Assembly (NCBI GenBank): GCA_016748015.1
Contig: JAAOMT010000731.1
Location: forward strand, 1-55,375
Source of the DNA: Geosiphon pyriformis uo1
Lineage: Eukaryota; Fungi; Glomeromycota
Length of the DNA stretch: 55,375 nt
Reading direction: 5' to 3'
Positions 50,095 to 55,375 of the stretch are shown here, piece after piece. The notes below the pieces were generated by a model. That model ran no database searches. It saw only the letters and a program-made list of their open reading frames with translations, and was not told the DNA's origin. The translations under genes were made by a program, and so were the position numbers. Positions within the stretch are counted from its first letter, which is position 1; each line of letters starts with the position of its first letter.

Positions 50095-50975
50095 CATGAA
50101 ACTATCTTATAATTCCTATTATTAATTAGCATATATTATCGTTTCAAATTATCACTCATTACATTAGCAAAAATGTCTGAAATTATCATTTAATTAATAA
50201 CCCAAATTGTACACAACACAAATGTAATCTAATTGCGATAATCAATCATGCAATACCCCGAACTATGTAATATTCAAAAGTTTGCCGAAATTTATAGAAA
50301 TTTGCCAAAATAATTGATAGTTCACCGAAATATCTAATAGTTCGCAGAAATAACTTGTAGTTCACTGAAATGTATTTTTAGTTCAGCGAAATTGTAGAAA
50401 ATAGCAAAGTTTAAGTTCATAGAATAGTGTTACGACAAGTTGTATAAAAGAAGAGCTTTTCTCTTCGAGAAAATGTATCTTACTTTAAATTTATCACTTA
50501 GAACTATTCCTACACACACAAAAGAAATAAATATTAAATAATTCGAAAAACCAAATTCTTTAATTATTACACTTGGAAAATTCCCAAAACTCAACTAACG
50601 TTTTGAAATTGATTAGCTACCAATTTCAATAAACTGTTAGTGACTCCAGGCCTGAATCGAAAATGTTTCTCTTGTTAAAATCCTATTTCTTTTACATTTC
50701 TTTTATTTTTCTTTTTCTTTTCTTATTACAATCATTAGAGTAGCCTACAGACGAGATTCCTGTAGAAGAGTTGACATTTACTACAATGTAACTACATAAA
50801 GTAACTGGCAAGGAATTGGCCATTCCACTTATAAGCCCAGCAGTTCAAATTATAGGAGATAATTTGAAGATAAAATTCAGTTACTGGAGGTTTAACTACT
50901 TCCTGAAAATGTGAATTCACAACAAAATTAACATTAACAACATTCGAGAAAAGAGACCAAAAACCTCCAGTAACA
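50063..50975 (+). repeat. 3' LTR of element F
   Basis: Direct repeat of 41282-42194. Confidence 0.98.
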
Positions 50976-53900
50976 CTGTTGTTAAGCATTTATTATACTT
51001 CTTCTCGGATGAATTGGTGGCTTTCTGGAGCAACTTGGTAGGCTTGTTGTTACCTTGGTTTGGCATCTTCTGTGTAGATTTGATATTGAACCAAATTGGT
51101 TCTTCCTAAGTCATTGTTGTTTTCAGCAAAGATATCTGCAAATTCTGCAATTAGTTCTTTGAGCTGGTTTTGTTGTTGTGGTTCAAGTTGTCTCATGTTA
51201 ATTCGAGATAGTTTTTCCATAACAACATGGTAGTTTTCAGAGCTGGGGTTTGGGTTGATTTTTGGTAGTAAATGTCTAATAATTTCAGAAAAATCAGGGA
51301 CTGTTTGAGGTAATTCTTGTTGAAATATATTACTGTGAATAACTCCAATTTCTAAATTATTTAATAAAACTATGGGGTAATTATTGGGGTTGTAAAAAGT
51401 AACTTGGACTTTCTTTCTTCCTTCTGGAATATAAATGTTTGGGATTGAAATATTATGTTCCAAGCAAACTTGTTCATTGAACTCAAAAATTTGCTGTATG
51501 GTTGTTGGCTTTGGGCAGGTGTAAATTTCCAGATGTTCTCCAAAGGGTGAGATGGTAATTGGTTGTAGAAGTCTGAGAATCTGGTAAGATTTGTTCTATG
51601 TGTTAAGAGCTATATTAACTGGAACTGTGAATCATCCAGTTGAACCAAAATCTTGGGTTCCTCTATCACTTTTTCCTAATTGTTCTCTTTAATTGACTAG
51701 TTGCAAATCTGAAATGTTGATTAGGGGTAAGTAAATAGCTTGGGCAATTTTTTCAGCATGTTTAATTTTGAATGGTTTGTCAGTTTCATTTTGAAGCATC
51801 ACTGTTATGTCTCCAGTATATCTAGCATCGATTATTCTTCCTCTGACATTGATTCTTTTGCTTGCCAGAGAGGACCGAGAGGTGATTTGAACCATTGCTC
51901 CTGGCGGGATTTTGAGTGCTATTTTGAGGTTGATTTTTGTGAGAGATTTGGGTTTGAGAACAAAAGTATCCTTGTCTGGATATCTTAGGTCATATCCAGC
52001 ATCAATTTCGTGTGCTTTTTTGGGTTTTATTCCTTGTCCGTTGTTGTTGAAGTATTTAAGTTGTAAGGCAGGCTGATTTTCAATAAGATAGATAAGTGTT
52101 GTTTCACTTTCTTCCGTTGCTTCAGGTTCTCCAAATTCAATTTCGTTCTCATCATTTTTGCTGAACAAGGGGATACTAAGAGCATAGCATTCAGGACATC
52201 ACTGTTCATCACAAGGCATAATGCATTCTTCACATAGTCTAATGTTCATTTGCTCTAATTGTTGAATTTGAGCTTCTTGGATTGGGTAGGTGTGGCTTGC
52301 AATTTGGTGGTAGACTTCTACTTCATCTTCGTAATCAAATCCAGCTAATTCCATGGTGTATTCAATGTATTCTGCTTCCTTTATTTGACAGACATTTTTT
52401 TTGGTAGCTCTATTAATTAATGCCATTGCTAAGTCAAAAATCATCTCAGCATCATGGGGGTAGTAATAAAGTTTGTTGAGAGCACTGTTGTATACTGCAT
52501 TAAAGGGTGTTTCTCTTTTTACTTTTTCTGAAATTGATAAAACATATTGGCAGGTCTGATCGCAGACTCCTCTTCTCATTGCTATATCAATCCAATTGCA
52601 TTCTTCTGGTAGCATATCTTCACAAGTCAAACAAGAGGTGTTATCCCATTTTCCACTTCTTTTTATTAGATAGTCCCATTGTTCTCTGTGGCAAGCCTTG
52701 CAGTAATAACAAGTATGATTTTCATATTCTTCTTCAGATGAAATGCAGGCTCCCATTGACGATAGTTTTTTGTGGCAGTCTTTACATTTAAGAGGAATGT
52801 AGGGACATTGTTTCCTTGGTTCTGGCTTTGAGTATGAGATATTCCATCCAGGGGTTTTGGGTTCAGAGTGTGGTGTAAAATGTTCTTGTTCAGTTTTATC
52901 AGCCCAATTGGATGTTGATCTAAGAGCCATGAATATTTCAATTATTGGTTTTTTTTCTTCTGGTTTAAATTCAAAAGCCAGAGCTTTTTCGGAGTGTTTG
53001 TTAAATGTACCACAAGTGGCAAGTACTCGGGCATGTTGTCCTTGGTAAGAGATTTGTAGTTCTTGGGTTTTCCAGTCTAATTTTGCATTGGCTTTCTGGA
53101 GCCAATCATTTCCGACAAGAGCTTGGTATTGGGGAGCATCTATAACCAAAACTTTGACTGGAATGGTGATTCCGTCAATTGTGAATAAGAAATTGTCAAT
53201 CTCTCCTACTGGAGTCTTTTTCATGTCATTAGCAGTGACAATGATTGTCTGAGCTGGTTGGTCAACATTTCTTTTTAGCTGCTGTATTAATTGATATGTG
53301 ATGATGCTTTCGGTGGATCCAATGTTTAGAATCAAGTGAATTGACTTTTTTTTTACTTCAGCTTCTGTGTACATTGCAGTGATGGCTTTTTGCTCATTAG
53401 CTGCTGCATTGCTAAGCAAGAATGGTAATTCATTTGCTTCAAATTTGAAAGAAAATATATCTGAAAGGTTGGCATTTTCAGCAATTCTGGCTGGTGGGAT
53501 TGTGGTAGGAGTATAGGAAAGATTTTGTTGTTGTGTTGCAGCTCTACCTTCTGAGAGTACAGTATGGTGAAAATTCTGTTCTTCAGGTATTGTTAAATAA
53601 CTGGGTTGAGTATGATAGTGATTGGATCTTGGTTGAGTAAAATTTTGGAGGACCAATTGGTTGTTTAAACTAATTCTATTGTTGTTTACTTGGTATCAGT
53701 TTTGTGGTGTGAATTGGTTTTGTGTAATCAGTCTTTGAGCAGGTACTTGATAATGTTGTGTGAATGGTTGTTGGTATTGCTGTTGAATTGGCTGTGGAGC
53801 AGGCTGATAATAGTTACTTGGGTATTGGGGTCTTGGTGGATAGTAAGCTGGTGATGGTGGTTGATAATAAGATGGCTGTGGTGGAGGGTAACGTTGATTA

Positions 53901-55375
53901 CTCCTATTTTGTTGGTCTTGTTGTAGCTTTTTGCAATCTTTTTTCCAGTGGCTGGAGATTCCACAGTAATAGCAATTCTGAGGCTGGTTATTAAGAAGTG
54001 GTGCAAAGTTATTTTGATTTCATCTTTGGGGTGGTTGATATCTTTGGGGTTGCTGTTGTTGTTGATTGGTGAAATAGTTTTCAATCTTTTTTGTAAGTTG
54101 GTCAATTTTTTCTTCAGCTGCTGAGCTGGTTTCTCTAATTGCCAAATTTACAAGTTTTGTGCAATTGGCCTTTTCTATGGCCATTTTGTATCTTTTCACA
54201 TGCTGTATGGCAGAGTTTAAATCTTTTGGGGCATATGAGCAAATCTTTTTAATTAGTTTATCTTTGAGACCAGCAATAAATTGATCCAAGATTTGAGCAT
54301 CAGAATAATAATTATTTGTTTCGAGTTGGCAAATTTGTCTGAAAAGTTTGTTGAATCTCCCAATATAAGTCATAACAGATTCAGAGGGTTCTTATTTGAT
54401 ATTGCAAAAATGATTTCAAAGTGTAATTGAGGTGTTGTTATCAGTGAATTGTTCTAGGAAGGCAGTTTTGAAAGCTGTCCAGTCATTAAAAGGAGTGGTC
54501 AAGTTTTCGAACCATTTGCCTGCTGTTCCTTTGAGAAAGTAGAGAATTGTTCTTAACATTCTGGCAACATTCCATCCATTTGCATCTCCAGCTTTAGTAA
54601 CTTGGTCGAGCCATTCTTGGGGACTGGTCTCAATGTCTTTTCTATTGAATTTAGGGATTTTTGCAATATATGCTATCATTTCATCTTCTTCATTTTCACT
54701 GTTTATTGATTCTTCTTCAGATATTTCAGAGTCATTTTCTTTGTTTGCTGCTGTCTTAGAGTGTTTACTTTGATTTTTAGCTAGAAAGTCAAGGAGATTG
54801 GAACTAGTTTGAAAAGGTTCTTATTGTCTGGTGGAACTTTTAGGTAATGTAAAATCTTCTAGTCTTGCAAATTGATTTAAGGGTGAGTTAGGTGTTTGTG
54901 CTTGTGCAAATAAAGCTGGAAAAGGTGTGATAGTAAGTAGAAGTTTTGAACTGGTTCCTTGTTCAGGTGTTTGTAAGTGTTTGGCAGTTGTTTTTGGTAG
55001 TATTGGGGTATTTGGGGTGGTTTTTGAATATTGTTTCAGTTTGTGTTTGCTTTTGTTGCTTGTTTCTGTCTCCAATTCAAAATCAATAGTGTATTGAGAC
55101 TGCACTAGATATGTTTCTTTACAGTACTTGATAATGTTAAAATTAAGTTCTTGAAAGTAAGTGGCAAGTGTTTCACTGTTAAGATCTTCAGTTCTCAACT
55201 GTGAATAGTGTGCTAAATTATTGTAAAGGTTGTTTCTAACTTCTGAGATATTGTAATTTCCAAAAAGATAATTGTTGATGTGGTTTTTAATGTATTGGTA
55301 TACTGATTTCTTGACAACTTCAATTCCGTCTGGAATGTTGAATCTTTGCTTGCAGTGGGTGTAAATTGACTGGTA
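50976..55375 (-). pseudogene. Gag-protease-Cys-rich-dUTPase part of element E ORF1
   Basis: Track ORFs 54821, 54416, 54020, 52199 (LILNIGSTES = mutated LILDSGSAGS), 51689 (dUTPase) and 51050. Confidence 0.93.

Larger units (their letters stand above)
41282..50975 (+). mobile_element. Element F: full-length 9,694-bp family-C LTR retrotransposon
   Basis: Two 913-bp LTRs (41282-42194, 50063-50975); TGTTACCAGA/TCTGGTAACA terminal inverted repeat; PBS 42197; PPT 50050-50059; 4-bp TSD CCGT (41278-41281) / CTGT (50976-50979). Confidence 0.98.
36857..55375 (-). mobile_element. Element E: family-C LTR retrotransposon, split by element F (parts 36857-41281 and 50976-55375; continues beyond the window)
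   Basis: 3' LTR 36857-37838 (982 bp); PPT reverse complement at 37842-37851; RT frame (MLNN|GLIQPS) rejoins across the F insertion; gag/protease/dUTPase at 51000-55375. Confidence 0.96.

Overview
This is an AT-rich eukaryotic window, almost certainly fungal. The repeat families and the Crinkler-type gene resemble Glomeromycotina such as Geosiphon, which is inference from memory, not a search. About 90% of it is a pile of nested, C-to-T hypermutated retrotransposons. These include at least three related Ty3/Gypsy-like LTR families (A, C, D): one full-length 9.7-kb copy at 41282-50975 sits antisense inside a sibling, and there are also truncated copies and a solo LTR. Two LINEs are present (APE-RT; the full-length one also has RNase H). 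The only host-like gene is a CpG-rich, spliced Crinkler-like REase+kinase gene (20147-22209, minus). The most notable system is the LTR lineage itself. ORF1 is one Gag-protease-Cys-rich domain-dUTPase-RT-RNase H frame that stops after RNase H. The integrase is a separate out-of-frame ORF with its own start codon, a conserved non-Env ORF3 runs into the 3' LTR, termini are TGTTA...TAACA, and 4-bp target sites are centred on CpG or its deamination products (CCGT, CTGG). These integrase, terminus and target traits match Ginger1 DNA transposons. U5 also carries an antisense copy of the LTR end plus PBS. A Nextera/Tn5 adapter at 10648-10666 marks an assembly chimera.
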